A stretch of DNA of 49,268 nt from positions 310,001-359,268 of the forward strand of contig JAPETS010000031.1 in the NCBI GenBank assembly GCA_026023565.1. The letters are read 5' to 3'. Made by a program: the position numbers and the translations under genes. Below, piece after piece: positions 12,089 to 26,000 of this stretch (position 1 is the stretch's first letter; each line of letters starts with the position of its first letter). Below the pieces are notes generated by a model. That model did no database searches and had not been told where the DNA came from. It worked only from the letters and a program-made list of their open reading frames with translations. This DNA is from Cirrosporium novae-zelandiae. Its lineage: Eukaryota.

Positions 12089-13159
12089 CACGTTTTGGTT
12101 TGTGTCAAATGTTCCTAAGTCATATAGGTTTGGACGTAGAGAGAATATGTTGAAAATAGCAAAAGTTCTAAGAGCAACATGATCAAGTTATGGATTGCCT
12201 ACGTTTATGTAGTCACATGCCAGCAACATTAACATCTAGATTTACCTGTGGGTACCATACTCAGTACAAATAAGTTAGATGCAAGTGAATGCTTCGGAAA
12301 CATGGCTCTGACGGGCATATTGTTAGCAGAGCTATCTGGACCCATGCAACATGCCTGGCCCCGTTTCGTCCTTTTGGTTAAGTTGTGACGCGATAACTGC
12401 TCGATACGGTTCCAAGGCCAACAAAGCACCTGTGAATTGAACGAAATATGCACTCTCTGTGGGCAGATATATTTCTCCGAATGGGTGATCCAAGATCTTG
12501 ATGCATTGCGGAAAAGCCGTCCCATTCAAGTTCCGATGATTGTGGAAAGATGATGATCCCCTGGTCACTGGTCAGTTCAATTCATGACCTGCAGCAAAGA
12601 ACAAAGACTGGTTGATTAGCACAGTAATACTTTAAGCAATGGGGATCTATTTCAAACAGCGAATAGGAACAATTCCGCTAAGGGAGCTAGCAGTGATTCT
12701 TTTGCATTTCATAGGTGTCATATCCAATTAAGATTTCAGTCATCATCCGATTATTTATTTTTTCCAAATGTACTTTCCATCTTAGTTTGCGGCACAGCAG
12801 TGTACTTGGGTATATCCACAAATAAAAAATGCATGTTACTTGAAACTCATAGTTGATGGGGTTTGTGGTGGTCAAGGATAGTTTCCCCGTCTGTGCCTCA
12901 ACCGAGTTCCTTATTCAGCCTGCCGAGGTCGGAATTCCTAATATTCCAGTCCAAAAGCCCACTCTCGGACAAAAATCTCGGCTTGGAATGGTTTCAATGC
13001 TTCTTGAATAATCTCCATCATAATCTCCATCAGATGTTAATCTTTCTTTCGATATGAGAGTCGACAATTGTCAGGTAGCGTAGTCGGTGTTCCAAAGACG
13101 AAGAGGTAGACAGCATAAACATTCGCTCCTATTGCATCATAAAGTCGCATGGTAATGCT

Positions 13160-13204
13160 GATGATGATGATGATGATGATGATGATAATGATAACGATGA
13201 TGAT
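13160..13204. repeat. (GAT)n microsatellite, intergenic
   Basis: 9 perfect GAT units followed by degenerate units. Confidence 0.9.
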
Positions 13205-13465
13205 GGCAATGACTTATAGGTGAATTGTTGCGATATATGGGCGTCAAAGGTTGGAGTTAAGCCGGCGTTAAATGTGGGTAGTAGGGACGGGACGGATCTA
13301 AACAATTTGCAATTAGCCCGGCCCTTACGTATACTCACTCGAGCACATGGTATAAACCGAAGAACCTGAATTGATCTGAGACCACAATTTGTTTATTAGA
13401 TTTGCTTAAAGGAGAATTGCTGCATTTCAGGGGTTAATGAATCATATGATATGTATTATTTTATT

Positions 13466-14747
13466 TTATAAATCCCGCGTTATTTCCTCAATAGCCACGT
13501 CCCAAATCTGCTCGTCCATCACAGAACCGAAACTAAAGCAACAATCAGTCCATGTCTATTTCATAACGTCAAGTGTAATAATGCTCCAGGATAGCCAAAG
13601 CATTATCAAATGCCAAAACGACAGAAATCACTCATGACATCAAAAGCAACTTACCCATAACATTTAACTTCCCCCCAAAGCATACTCTTCAACCTTTCCA
13701 ATTGCATCTTCCCAATCCGGTTAAACTTGCCATGATCCTGTAGCTTGTGCCACGCTTGTACAGGAGTGAGCTCGCCCTGCAGATGAAAGGTCTGACTTAA
13801 TGCGAGCAGGCGTTCCATGCCGGCGTCCGGTACTTCCCAGCTCGTGGCGGCGGAGAGGTTGCTTGGGCCACACACCAACAGTTGATTTGAAGCCATGTGC
13901 GAATGTGTGCCATATTCTTCCCGTGTGACATCTGGATGGGAGAGACAGGGATGTTCGAGGCTGGTGGTGGAAAAAAGGAGTCAAGCGTTAGCCGAGATGG
14001 ATGGTTTAGTGTTTGGGGGTAACGTAGGAGAGAAAGTGAGGGAAAGACATACGCCAAGACGAACTCAACACCGTCGTATTGGTTCGGTGCCGTTGTTACT
14101 GAAGCTTCCCCGGATGATGACCAAGGACTCCCCACAGAAGCTACAGAAGTTCCGTGCTCCATACCACTGCTGGTTCCCGGTGAAAGAGAGTTTGCTTCCC
14201 ATGACATGGTGGACATTTCCTGCCGAGGATCCAGATCCATCTGCTGCAGTTGATGCTGAGGCATATGGACGTGTAAAGGACCGGTGCCCTTCTCCTTGCT
14301 TATCAGAATATTGCGGCCATTGCCATCCCTAATGCCGTCAAGGGGGCCTAGGTTGGAATACTCAATAGTCTGGGGAGCGGGCCGTGGGGGTGGCACAATG
14401 CCATGATTGAGCAGCGTCTGGCGATAATAGGCGATTTCTTCTTCGCGTTCTCGGATGTCTTGCTGGTGTCGGCGACGGAGGGAGACAACTTCTTGCTCAA
14501 GAGCTTTGACGTAGTTTGCTTTACGTTCGCGATGGGTCCTGTATTATGTGAAACATATAATAATTAGTGAGGGATGTTGCTTGCTGGGCATACAGAGCTT
14601 AGAGCTCAGAGCATACCGCTGGGCACGTCGGACTTGAGCTCGACGCCATTCGTAAGCGTTCTCTTTTCCAACTTTCTCGGCGTTTTTCTGACTGTTACTA
14701 GTAGATGTTAATGATTTTTTAGTTTTTGTCACGATATTCGACAGCAT
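13466..14747 (-). CDS. Fungal bZIP transcription factor with C-terminal KCYGFG domain (FlbB-like architecture)
   Basis: Basic region RRAQVRRAQR|THRERKANYVKALEQEVVSL spans an intron. Further motifs are GVEFVL, GELTPVQAW and EVKCYG|FGSVMDE. Stop at 13466-13468; start codon uncertain. Confidence 0.82.
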
Positions 14748-15305
14748 TTCGAATAATAATTTCGATCTTGTTGTGGAAAGAAAGACTACTTGGACTAATT
14801 AATGCAGTAGAAGTAAGCCATGTCGGGATCAATTCCTCGGTTGCCGATCTGACATGGCTTGTGGCTTGCTATAATCAGGATTCTAATGTTGTAAGATGGA
14901 ACGATGGAACGATGGAACGAGCTAATGATTTATGCAGTTGGATGGCCAAAGACTAATCGTCAGCCTGCATTCCGGATCGAGACGGCGTAATTCTATTTTG
15001 CACCTTAAGGTACCTAGGTAATTAGATCATTAGTTCATCAAAGTAACTACTTAGGTACCTAAATACCTAAGTATCTAGTCATAGAATAATTGAAGATTAA
15101 AGTAAATTAAGATTTTGTTCTTTTCGCCAGGAATGTATTAATAATGACGATGACGACAATAACAACAATGATAGAAACACCAAAGCGCCTCTACAATATC
15201 TAACTACTTAGGTACACACTAGAAACTTCTCTGCAGTGGAACATGTATCTTCTCATCTGCGTTACAAAATAGCCAATGTATGCAAATATTTCCAGCTCAT
15301 GTTAC

Positions 15306-17064
15306 TCAAGTCATTTCTTCCATTTTGTGCATTTCTCCCATGGTCAGAGATGTCAGGGGTGTCGTATGATTTTTGTTATAGAAGCTGGATCCCTGGCGGA
15401 GACGCTTGCCGAATATCAAGAGAATAATTGGAAAGGGGAGGAAGGCAAGCGCGATAAAACCAAATACGCTGAGAGCCCATGCACCTGTAAGGTTCGTAAA
15501 TGCTATAGAGATAGATATCGCGTTAGCATATTGTGATTCACTACAAATATTTGCTAGAGATAGAAAAGAATATCAAGAAAACGTACCGGTGATGATCACC
15601 ATTGGGATAATACCAGCAAAGGCAATGCGACCACATGCTGCACTTGTGAGCGCAGAGAGTGTACCTTGGGGTGGATAAGCATCAAAGAGGTAGCTTATGA
15701 AGGCGATCTGTAATGTGAATGTTAGTATACTCATTCGACCAAGAAGCGGAGAAGGGCGTACGAGATTCATTGCGCTGCCAACAACGTAGAACCCATTCCC
15801 GACAATGGGAGAATAGAAGCTGACGGTAGGCTTTGCGGTCCATCCAATCCAAAATATGCTAGCGAAAATGAGGCACGCTCCAATGATGGCGGAAATGAGT
15901 CGATATTCAATGTCGAACATTCCGCCCTTGAGATTCTTTTTGACAAGCATGCGAGTCGAGATTTGGTCAATAATAATGGTGAATATCGCACCGACAACCA
16001 TGCCGCCGAGAGCTGTTGAAAAGGCATCTCCACCCATATGAGGGGTAAATCCATATACAGTTGTTACGACGACCGGGACCGAAATGAACCAAGAGAATAG
16101 GACACCGAAGTTAAGGGCTAGGTAAAGAGTAATCATGGTGACGAGAGGCTGTGAGGCAAGCATGATAATCGGATTCACCACAGTGTGTCTGGCCATCTCT
16201 GCGAAGGTGACTCCAGTTGGTGCCGGTGGGAGACTGATGGTCCTGCCGGCGCGTCGGGCCTGTATGACCATAACCCTGCGCCCATATGTCTCCGGGGCGC
16301 CAGTACCGAGAAGCAATGCGGCCAATGCCACCATAAGGGTGAGGTATTGAGTCCAACGCCAGTCCTCGGAGGGGATAACATTGTAGCCAACAATTGCACC
16401 TATTTGAGGTTAGTTTAACGACCCCCTCAATTGTACTAGATCTTATCATAACTCACCAACTGCGGCTCCAAAGTACGAGGCACATGTCAAGAAGGAATAA
16501 TAGGTAAGCGTGTACAGGGCAGGCCACACGTCTGCAAAGGTTCCTTCAATCTGCACGGCGTTTGGACCACCAAAGAAGCCAGCAAAAAAGCGACAAACGG
16601 CAAGCTGAGTGAAAGTGCGAGAGTAGCCGGCGCCCAAAGTAAAGAAGCTGAGGCCAAGTGTGCATGCGATATAAGGAATATTTCGTCCAAATTTTTCGGT
16701 GATGTGCGGAGAAACTATCGGTGCGAAGAAGATTCCCCAGATGTACAAGGAATAGCCCGCGATTGCTTTGGTCATGGAAACGTCAAATTCCTCCATAATT
16801 CCTGCAAGGCCAGTAGTATAGCAGGTTGCACCAAAGAGCCTGGTGGTTTATCAGCAGGGGTTCAGAAAAGGAGACTCCACACAGAAATGTCGCTTACAGA
16901 GTAAAGGTATAGCCAAAAGCCGCAGCCGAAACGTGGAGTTTCCTTAAGAATGGCCAGTTTTGAGGGTTCTCTGGGTCATTAGGATGCATCATATGGCCAC
17001 TAGTTGTTGGCATAGCTTCAGCATCGGTTGCCATTGGTGTATTCGAATCGATGTCGTCAATCAT
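15306..17064 (-). CDS. MFS drug:H+ antiporter (DHA1 family) transporter, multi-exon
   Basis: DPENPQNWP, EKFGRN, RFFAGFFGG, IEGTFADVW, GWRWTQY, PETY, EYRL and YLFDAYP motifs with multiple hydrophobic TM segments. Stop TGA at 15306-15308. Confidence 0.92.
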
Positions 17065-17447
17065 TTTGAAAAATGGATGAGGGGAAAAATATGAATGAGA
17101 TAGGAAGGATGATGAGAAAAGAAGGATGGGATTGAAGATGGTGATAATCAAGTCCTGGTTCGAGTAGTAAGAGGTGCAAGTAGGAAATCTGATGAGAGCA
17201 TGAATGAGAATAGAAGTGGTGTACAAGACATGTTAAATATCTGAAGTGTTGGAGCAATTTCATGAATATCCAAAAGTAAACTTCATCTCATTCATTCATT
17301 GTAGCTTGCAAATGGCCGCAGCAGTAGCGATTTGGAAACATGATAATCAATCAAATCTCAGGCAGGTTATCAACCTATCAACTTGCAATTATCATACCTG
17401 ATACGTCCAAACTCCTGAGAATCCTAACATTCTTAACCAGATAGGCA

Positions 17448-17588
17448 GACTGATTCCATCATCGGAGTTTCTTGCGATAGTCATCTCTCCAGAGTTGTAG
17501 AGAAGGATAAAAAGTATAGATCCAGCTACTTGCGGGTGGCTTTCACTAAGAAAGCCAATTGTAAAACTGAGCGACTGATTCCATCATC
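17448..17588. promoter_or_regulatory. 16-bp direct repeat GACTGATTCCATCATC in the DHA1 MFS upstream region; candidate TF-binding site
   Basis: Exact copies at 17448-17463 and 17573-17588; the core is TGA-N5-TCA. Confidence 0.45.
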
Positions 17589-18069
17589 ATCGTCACTTTA
17601 AGGAGTCTTGGCTCAGCTGGATAAGGCCGATGGATCATCAACCTTCTTATTGCTGCAAGTAAGAGGTAAAGCCGCCTTCGCATCCGCTGTGCTCAGACAT
17701 TTACTGTTGGAATCAATCCGTTTCAAGGGGAAAGATGTTTATTATCTAGAGTAATGATGGTTGTAAATGGTTGAAAATGGATTGTAGTTGAGATGAAGTT
17801 GATGTTGGTGCTGACGCTAAACATCAAGAAAGCTTGGCGACTTAAATTAGTGGTTTGACAACTTGGCATCTCGTGGTCATGGAGAGCTACTCGTACGACT
17901 ATAAAGTACATTAACAGCGTCAACACAGTGAACAGTGAACATGGTAAACATACCACACTAATTTCTCAGTCATTACCACAGTATCGTACACGTTGACCCA
18001 TTCATCATTTCGAAACTTATAGTATTATAGCCACTCATCAAAGCGACCACTCATCAGAGCGAACACTCC

Positions 18070-18982
18070 TCAAAGCGGAACGTCCGTTTCATCTCCCCTT
18101 TTCCAACCAACTCCAATCCAAGCTTTCATTCCAATCCTCACCCCACCATCCACTTTTTCAAACGTCCTTGTCTTCTGCAGCTCCTCTCTAAGCAAAGACT
18201 TTGCCCTCTGCAATTCTTGGTCGCTATACCCTGGGAAAAACATCCCCTTGGCTAACATCATATTTTCCACCAATTCATCCAAACTTCTTGCACTTGTATA
18301 GGTGACAAACGGCCTAACCTCAACATTATTCCCAAACCCAGCATTTTCGAGCATTTCCATAAGCCATGAGCCGCGCATAAATTTAATATCAAGACCCAGG
18401 CTATTGTGAGGGAGTTCATGAGGCCGAATTGTCCGTGCGGTGTTGAGAAAGGCATTTGGCCATACGCGATCTGGCAAGTGTTATAAGCTACTAACCACAA
18501 ACAACATAAGAGATGGGAATCTAGTTACCCGCCCATGTCGATACCATGGCGACACCACCTGGCTGTAGCACCCGGAACATTTCTCTCACTGCTTTGAGCC
18601 CGTAATCCGGGTCATTGGGGATGGGTAAACCTAAATTGGTAAGGACGTGCGTAAATATGTCAACCGGCAGACTAGAAGATAATGATCGGATATCTAGGGT
18701 CTCGGTTCGGACATTACTCCATCCCTGGGATTTGACTCGTTGCTGGACTTCTTCAATCATCGCCGAGCTGAGATCGGTGGCCATAATTTTAGTATCACGA
18801 TGCACAAGCTTGACTTGTTCGCTCACAATTCCAGGACCGCACGCGTTGTCGAGGACGTGAGAAGAGGACGTAATAGGTGGGGTTATAGTCGATATCATTT
18901 CTGCGGCGATTAGACGTGTGCAATTTCCTGTCATTCGCTCGTAGGTGGAGCTGTAAGCTGAGTGAGGTGAATTGGAAGTCAT
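18070..18982 (-). CDS. Class I SAM-dependent methyltransferase (UbiE/Methyltransf_11/25-like), 2 exons
   Basis: VLDNACGPGIV (motif I), ATDLSSAMIE, FTHVLTNLG, EMFRVLQPGGVAMVSTW. One intron at about 18474-18528 joins ORFs 18521-19039 and 18070-18477. Confidence 0.9.
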
Positions 18983-19627
18983 GATGGTTGTATGAAAGAG
19001 TCTTGCAAAAAGGAAATATCGCCTAAGTTTGAAATTCATAAATACCTAGATAGTTACTATACATAAGGGAGAAAATCCCGATTTATAAAACAAATTTTTT
19101 GATCATTGGACTATGTTGAACAATACTTTCGGAGACATGTTTGGTATTAAAAGTCTCCGAAGCTGATATGTAGAAGGAAAATTCTATTTAGTACAGTACA
19201 AATAATTAATTAGCTAATTGATGTTGAAGGACGATTTAAGGATAATGGATAAATTGTAAGATAGAGATAGATAAAGATGGAGAGATGGAGAGAAAAGGTG
19301 AGGAAATCTCTCCGATGGTATTTGTGTTTCTTTCCGAGGGAGAGGTACAGGAGCTAAAAGGACCGAGCGAGTGAACGGCACGAATGGGTATCGATAAGGC
19401 AACAACCGCAAATACATGACATGCGATGACATGATTGATAATTATTCTATAAATAGAAGTTAACTGTCTACCCCTTTAATTATACAAAGTATGCAATGAT
19501 ATTCAAATCTAATCGGGTTAATTGTGTTAATTATGCAATTGTGGCAGACCACGGATGTGTCGGTACTCGGATTTACGAGGTCCGTTTCCACAGAATTAGA
19601 ACGCCACGAACGCTAAGCTTTTTAGTG

Positions 19628-19670
19628 TCTGCCATTTCTGCCATTTCTGCCATTTCTGCCACCTCTGCCC
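19628..19670. repeat. 9-bp tandem repeat (TCTGCCATT), about 4.7 units
   Basis: TCTGCCATT x3, then TCTGCCACC and TCTGCCC. Confidence 0.85.
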
Positions 19671-20329
19671 TACAGAAGGTTCTTGCTTCATCCCACAGCC
19701 CCAACAAGCCCCACCAGCCCTGTCAAACCGAGTACGAACCCAACACCAGGAACACAACAAGGATATCAGCATCCTAAGAGACTCAAGCAGCACGTGATAG
19801 GCCCGACCTAACCTAACAGATGCCTGAAATGACTGAGATCGGAAAGAAACCTGTTCAATGCCAAAAGAAGTTGTTTCACCAAGATCCCAGTTAGCCTCTC
19901 GCTCTTATTAGCCAGCATGCAATGCAAAGGCTTCTTACGCAATATCTGCTCATTGCTCATTGCTCAATGTTTACTATGAATACTTGAAGACTTTTTCATC
20001 CCTACGAGCTTCGTATCCTACCGTCCCTAACCCGGTACTAAGTAACCCATTCGGCTTTGTGGCTATGTCAATTTTCTTGACGCGTTCTCATTTGTCCCTT
20101 GTACTTTTACGTAGGCATCTGTATTTCCAATCCCGTCCATCCATCCAAGCAATCTTTCTCAAAGTATTAATGTCCTCTCTTCCTCCAGTGTATTCTATTT
20201 GACCTACATCTTTACTCCCTAGTCCATCTCTCATTTTTCAACCTCTTACTTTTCCATCTTTTTCAAAGAAATTCTATACACTTTATACATCAACTCTTGT
20301 CGATCATTTATCTACACAACTGTTTAAAT

Positions 20330-20834
20330 ATGTCTGGCCGCCAAACAAACCATCATGCCGATGCTCGCAGCATGGATAGCTTTCAATCATCTCACAAAAG
20401 CTCAAAGTCATTTGAAAGTCGACCCAGCTCTTCGAAGAAGGACGGATCCCATGCTATAGAGAGCAAAGCAAATCCTAGTTTGGCTCTTAACGAAGCACAG
20501 CCATGTTAGTCTAGCTTTCTTAACGTTATCATTCTTTATGGACATTTGCTAACCTATTGCAGTTGCAATGGCCGGGGAGAAATCTTCATTGGCATCATTT
20601 ACTGTAACACCACAGAAAGATATGAAAGGAAATATCATTAGTAAGTTTACAATCCATCGAGTACCTCGGGATTTTATCTAGGGTTTATCAAGATAAGACA
20701 AGTACTGATAAAGGTTGGCTATAGCTGAACCTGACTTGTCGAATCCTACTCGGTATCGGTTCGAGCGTCCTCTCGATACAATTCGCAGCTTCGAGGCTGC
20801 TATCGACCGCAGCTGGAGAGAGGGGCGGAAATGA
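20330..20834 (+). CDS. Small conserved fungal protein, DUF2406 family, 3 exons
   Basis: Spliced translation gives SKANPSLALNEAQP..KDMKGNII|TEPDLSNPTRYRFERPLDTIRSFEAAID, which matches the DUF2406 pattern as I recall it. Stop at 20832-20834. Confidence 0.8.
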
Positions 20835-21918
20835 GGACTATAGGTCATATGGAATGCCTTATCGGATCAAGAGATTGATATGATTAAATTTATCAAATCT
20901 GAAGCATCCTCTAACCCAGGAAGCCCATGGTCTGGTTGCTTATAAATGAAAATGGGCTTAATTCTTTCATGTCGGATAGTTGATTGTGTTGTATCTTTTT
21001 ATTGTTTTATTCATGATGGGGGGACTGGGATGACGGTTGGCGTCAATGACTACAGTAACTTCGATTATTGATTGATCGAATGGCCAACTAAGTGAAAAGT
21101 TGACCTTTTTAAAAATATATCCCTTGATAGCAAATGTGCAAGTGTAAAATTCATTTATCAACCGATACTGTTTATGATCTAGACTATAGACTACGTGTAA
21201 TATTACTTGTTCTGAAAATTGACCGTTGGATGCAATTCTATCATATGATTTATTATGTTAAATAATCGCTTCATTGCGGGACATGCAGCTCAAAGGTGGG
21301 ACTATCCATGTCTAGTTTGTGATACCGAGGCATTATTATGCGCAAGAGGATCTTGGCTCTCTCCATTAGGACAGGCGATCCTATTGGCATCCTTGTGAAT
21401 GCAGCTACTCGGTAGATTAATGAATTGCCCATTGATATTAACAGAGTACCTAGGTAGTTAGCGATGATATTGTAAAGTATAGCATACTCGAAGACTACGA
21501 TTTCTATGATAAGAGCATTAAAACCCTGCTGTCGTTGAAATTTATCAAGGATACTATCAGAAATCTTATAATTCATTGAGAAATGGTGGTGAGAATGATG
21601 TGATATGATTGATGGAGTAGTATCTTATCGCTTGGCATCGTTAGCGAGCGACTGAGGTTCGGAAAGATGGCAAACTTTCTATACTTTGACCTCTCATTCC
21701 TCTCCAAGAATCTGATCTGACCTTACTAAGTATAATACTTGTTTCATATGTATCCTCGTTACTGGAAGACATGGAAATGTACTTTTCCAATATTCGTGAG
21801 TGGGGTTTGCTTATCGATAAGACTACGCTTATCCATCTGCAATAGTCTACTTTGATAGGTGAATTCTACCCTTTCTACAACTCCATATTCACGCTTTTCC
21901 AAGCATACTAAGATAGAA

Positions 21919-23077
21919 ATGGCTACCCTTGGTCTTGCTCATGGCTCCCCTACTAGCTATCATCCAAAAGAGATGACCATCAACGATGCAAAATCGGGAG
22001 GCACCGAGGCCCTTGAAGACCTTCCACAAGTTCGTGCTCTTCCGAACAATGTTCCTGTAGACGAGGTAGTAGATGCGTTGAAAGTCACAGGTGGCGTCAT
22101 CATTAGAAATTTGGTTTCTCACGAGCATCTGGATCAGATTGAGAGTAAGTTTTCAATCTTTCAATCTTGTTTGTCGTTTCCTCGGCCCGAGCTTCAACTA
22201 ACAATACCCAGAAAATCTCCGGCCATATCTAGAAGCCGATCACGAATGGGAGGGTGATTTTTTCCCTAAAGAAACAAGACGATGTTATAGCCTAATCCCA
22301 ACTTCAAGTACATTTGCTAGAGTGGTAGTCATGAACCCACTATATCAGGAAACATGTAACAAATTTCTCACCACCAATAACTGGTTCTGGAGTGGTCATC
22401 AAAAGGTTTATGCCAAATCGAAACCACAGATTATGAATACTGTCTGTTTCTCTATTGGTCCTGGGGCACATAAGCAACCTCTCCATCGGGATGACTGGGC
22501 TCACCATGTCGTGGCCAGAAAGGTTGACCGATACCCAGAAGACCTTCAACGAGACACGGGCCTCGGGTTATTTGTAGCCACCAAGGATGCAACCGTAGAA
22601 AATGGTTGCACACGGTTCATTCCAGGTAGTCATCTGTGGGAGCATGAACGTGAGCCTGACGATGACCTCTGCGTCTATGCGGAGCTGAAAAAAGGAGATG
22701 CCTTTATGATGTTTGCGTCGTGCTATCACGGTGGTGGTGCCAATCAGACCAAGGACCAAGAACGTTTGCTCTTCAGCTGCTTCATGACACGGGGATGGCT
22801 ACGGCAAGAGGAGAACCACTACCTAAACATGGACAAGGAGACGGCAAAGAAGCTACCTCTGGATATTCAACAGGTGGTTGGGTATTCCCTTAGCGAACCT
22901 TTTTTGGGATGGGTTAATGCAAATGATCCGCGGTCAATTCTAGATCCAACTCTCGAGGTATGTTTTAAAATTTTCGATTTTAGAGAACCTAGTTACCCGT
23001 CCATCTGACAGGTTGTTTAACAGGGAAACAAAGACATGCTTCAAAATAAGCCGGAGGAGGTTGCTCGTGAGTCATAA
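21919..23077 (+). CDS. Phytanoyl-CoA dioxygenase (PhyH) family Fe(II)/2OG dioxygenase, 3 exons
   Basis: GGVIIRNL, FFPKETRR, IGPGAHKQPLHRDD (HxD), TVENGCTRFIPGSHLW, LKKGDAF, CYHGGGANQT, GWLRQEENHYL. Confidence 0.93.
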
Positions 23078-26000
23078 TATCATGACAGCGGATATGTCGA
23101 AACAAGAGATTGATTGACTGAAATCAATCTCTTTGGATATAATAAATCGATGTCTTCATTTAATGTTCTGGTGCGTGTTACGGCCACGAAAACGATGACT
23201 TCATCAAACAGGCCTGACCTCGGTAGCATGGGAAATATCACAGCAAGAAAGGTCTCTAGTTGACACGTATCGAGGCCTAGACAAGCCGGAGCATTTAAGT
23301 CTGCAAGATCTTAATAGCATTCCTCTTATGTCGAAGTAATAAGGAGCTTTGGTTCTTCCTGTGTTCTGTCAGCTCATGCTTCATTCTCTCCTCCATTCAC
23401 TTTTGCAGCCTTGTCTTTGGATATTCAACAACCTTTACCGACTATTTTGTCGATTATCTTTTCCTATCACTTGATATTCTTCCTCCCATTGACATTCTTC
23501 AGTTAAAATCCTCAGTCGCCAGCACCCAAATCTCTTTGAGATCATAATAGGGGAATGATGTGAGTTCCAGACTATAATGCAGTAACGGTTAATCTACCAA
23601 TTCTGCCAATTCAACCTCTTGACCATTATAAACTCTTTTCTTATGAAGAACTTGCTTAACGAATGAATTCTTGTTCGAGTTCTATCTTATCGCATTTCTC
23701 GTTTCAAGTCTTTGACGCAATCAATAGACTCATGCCTAATTTTAATGATTAGGGCCAACAACCATCAACCCTTGGTGTGCAATTACTCTTCTAGGCCTCG
23801 TAATATTCGTTTGATCGCCGAACATGCTTGGAAATGAAAATGCCCCAGAATTCTCTACTAGTTGGCTATAACCCATGAGATTTTCCCCCTTTCAGTCGAC
23901 TAACCCTCCCAACTGGAATTGCAAGTTCCCGAGCTGCATGTTTCTTGATTGAATCCTTGATAAGCCCCTATATTATCCCCACTATTAGGAATCTCCTTGC
24001 TAACCCTATCTCAATTGTTTAAATTTCTACAAATCATGTTGAGAACCGGGAATTGACTTTCGTATGCAACCTGAGTTCCAGTACCAGAGGAGTGGATGCT
24101 ACATCTTAGGAGAGGTTAAAGAAACCAGTGTAGATTGTGATCTGGAAAGGATCGTCCTAATCTTGATATTGCTTTAGGAGACCTCTGAGATAACACTCTA
24201 ATACTAGTGTGACCAATCACCAGTTCTCTTGGAAATCGAACCCAACTGGTTATTTATGACATCTGACGCTCTGAACCATATGCTATTCAAAGGCAAAATA
24301 GAGAAGTATAGTCGGAGGACGACCCATATCGAAATCGATATTAGCTTGAGTATTAGGATTTTCTCTTCAGTATAACATTGCTAATCCGGAGAGAATCAGG
24401 TTGGGTCTCGACTCACGAATATAGCCAAGGTCATCAATCTGCTTAAGCCTCTCACCGAAGTAGGAAGGAGGGTGTGTATCTAACCCCAGATTTGAAATTC
24501 AGAGCTTTGTACAGTACATACACTTTGCCCGAGTTAATAAGTTGTATTTGGCGGGATAGACTCCGAACTCGTATAGCCGTATAGAATCGTATAAAATCGA
24601 GTTCCGAAGTTGAAATACGAGCTGCGGTTATATTCCAGGGCCTTCTGTGAACATGGCTATGACCAGATTTGGGCGGGATCTAAAAGTTAAAAAAAGTTCG
24701 AAATACTGCTACGAAATATGATCCTATGGCTTTAGAACGTGGCTTTGGTAATGAATGCGATACTGGGTTTAAGGTTTGTTTCGTATATATAACGTATAGA
24801 AGATAAAGCTCTTGGTATTTAATTTAACAGCAATTAATCTATGTTTTCGTGGTAATTAGATACAGGACACGTGGGGGCTAATTAGTTAATATCCATTTTA
24901 TCCACAAGTCCAGCCCCAGTGCCAAGGCTATGCCTGTGGTATTGCCATAGCAATTCCAACGTCATTCTTTGATTACCAGGGATATCGTATCATGGTATTA
25001 CCAATAATTACAGTACCATTTCAAATTAGCAATGTTTCTAGTCTGCAGAAAGCTTCTTCTGACCTGTCATCGACTTCGAACTCCAACCTCTGTCTATTTC
25101 TAGCTGACTCGCTTACTACCCTGGCTTGCGCTGGAAGTCCTCTACCTCTCAAATGATGGTACTAGTTCTCTTTATAACATGGTCTGTTGGTTTAGAGACA
25201 TCTCCAAATGGATATACAACTCCAACGACAAGCACACGCTCTGGTCTTTAAGAAAATCCGAATTAATTCTGTCCCTGAATGTGATGGTTCTGAAATACCT
25301 ACTATCTTCCGTAACTGGGGAATGCTCGACTCTGATGGCGTACAGTAGTCTGACACCACTGAGACTAGACCTGGGTTCCCGCTTTTGCTCTAGCGCTTTA
25401 GGAACAGTTCTTCCAGCGCTTCAGGATCTAGCTCAACCACCACTTCCATGTCGGTTCTACTGAGTCCGGGTAAGCTCGAATATTAGTCGCACCTCGTGAG
25501 GGGTTCCTTGGCGAGGATACTAAACTTCTCGCACCGTTTACTGCGATTTCCTATTCCATGAACATTTCTATCTTTATTCGAGGCTATCTTTGGGGCGCTG
25601 CATAAGTTCAATGATGATAATGATGATAATGATTCATTTTATTATCTATACGTCGCCTCTAGGCTATGACGGATTGCATATAAGTCTGTTTCTTTGGAGT
25701 TTTGACCTTGCCAGCTCCAATTTTAACGCTGAGAATAACGTAAGGCTGACTGCCATCCCACCGGTAGCATCCAGCCTGTGGGCTGTACTGTAATTTGAAG
25801 TTTATCATTCTACCCATCCTTCCACTTCACAACTTCTTAAATTTAAGCACTCATACGAAGGTATCAGCTCTAGATCGATGGCCGCGCAAGGAAAGCTTGG
25901 CTTTATCCAAATCCAACAAAGTCGCAGGTGTCTGATTCAGCCTCTATCAAGGGGTGGCCATTTGGGAAAACGGTTTACAACCCACAGGCCAAGCCGAATG

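Noticed and set aside
18031..18062. 16-bp tandem duplication CCACTCATCA(A/G)AGCGA just 3' of the methyltransferase stop
   Set aside because: Two-copy local slippage in a 3' UTR with no evidence of function.
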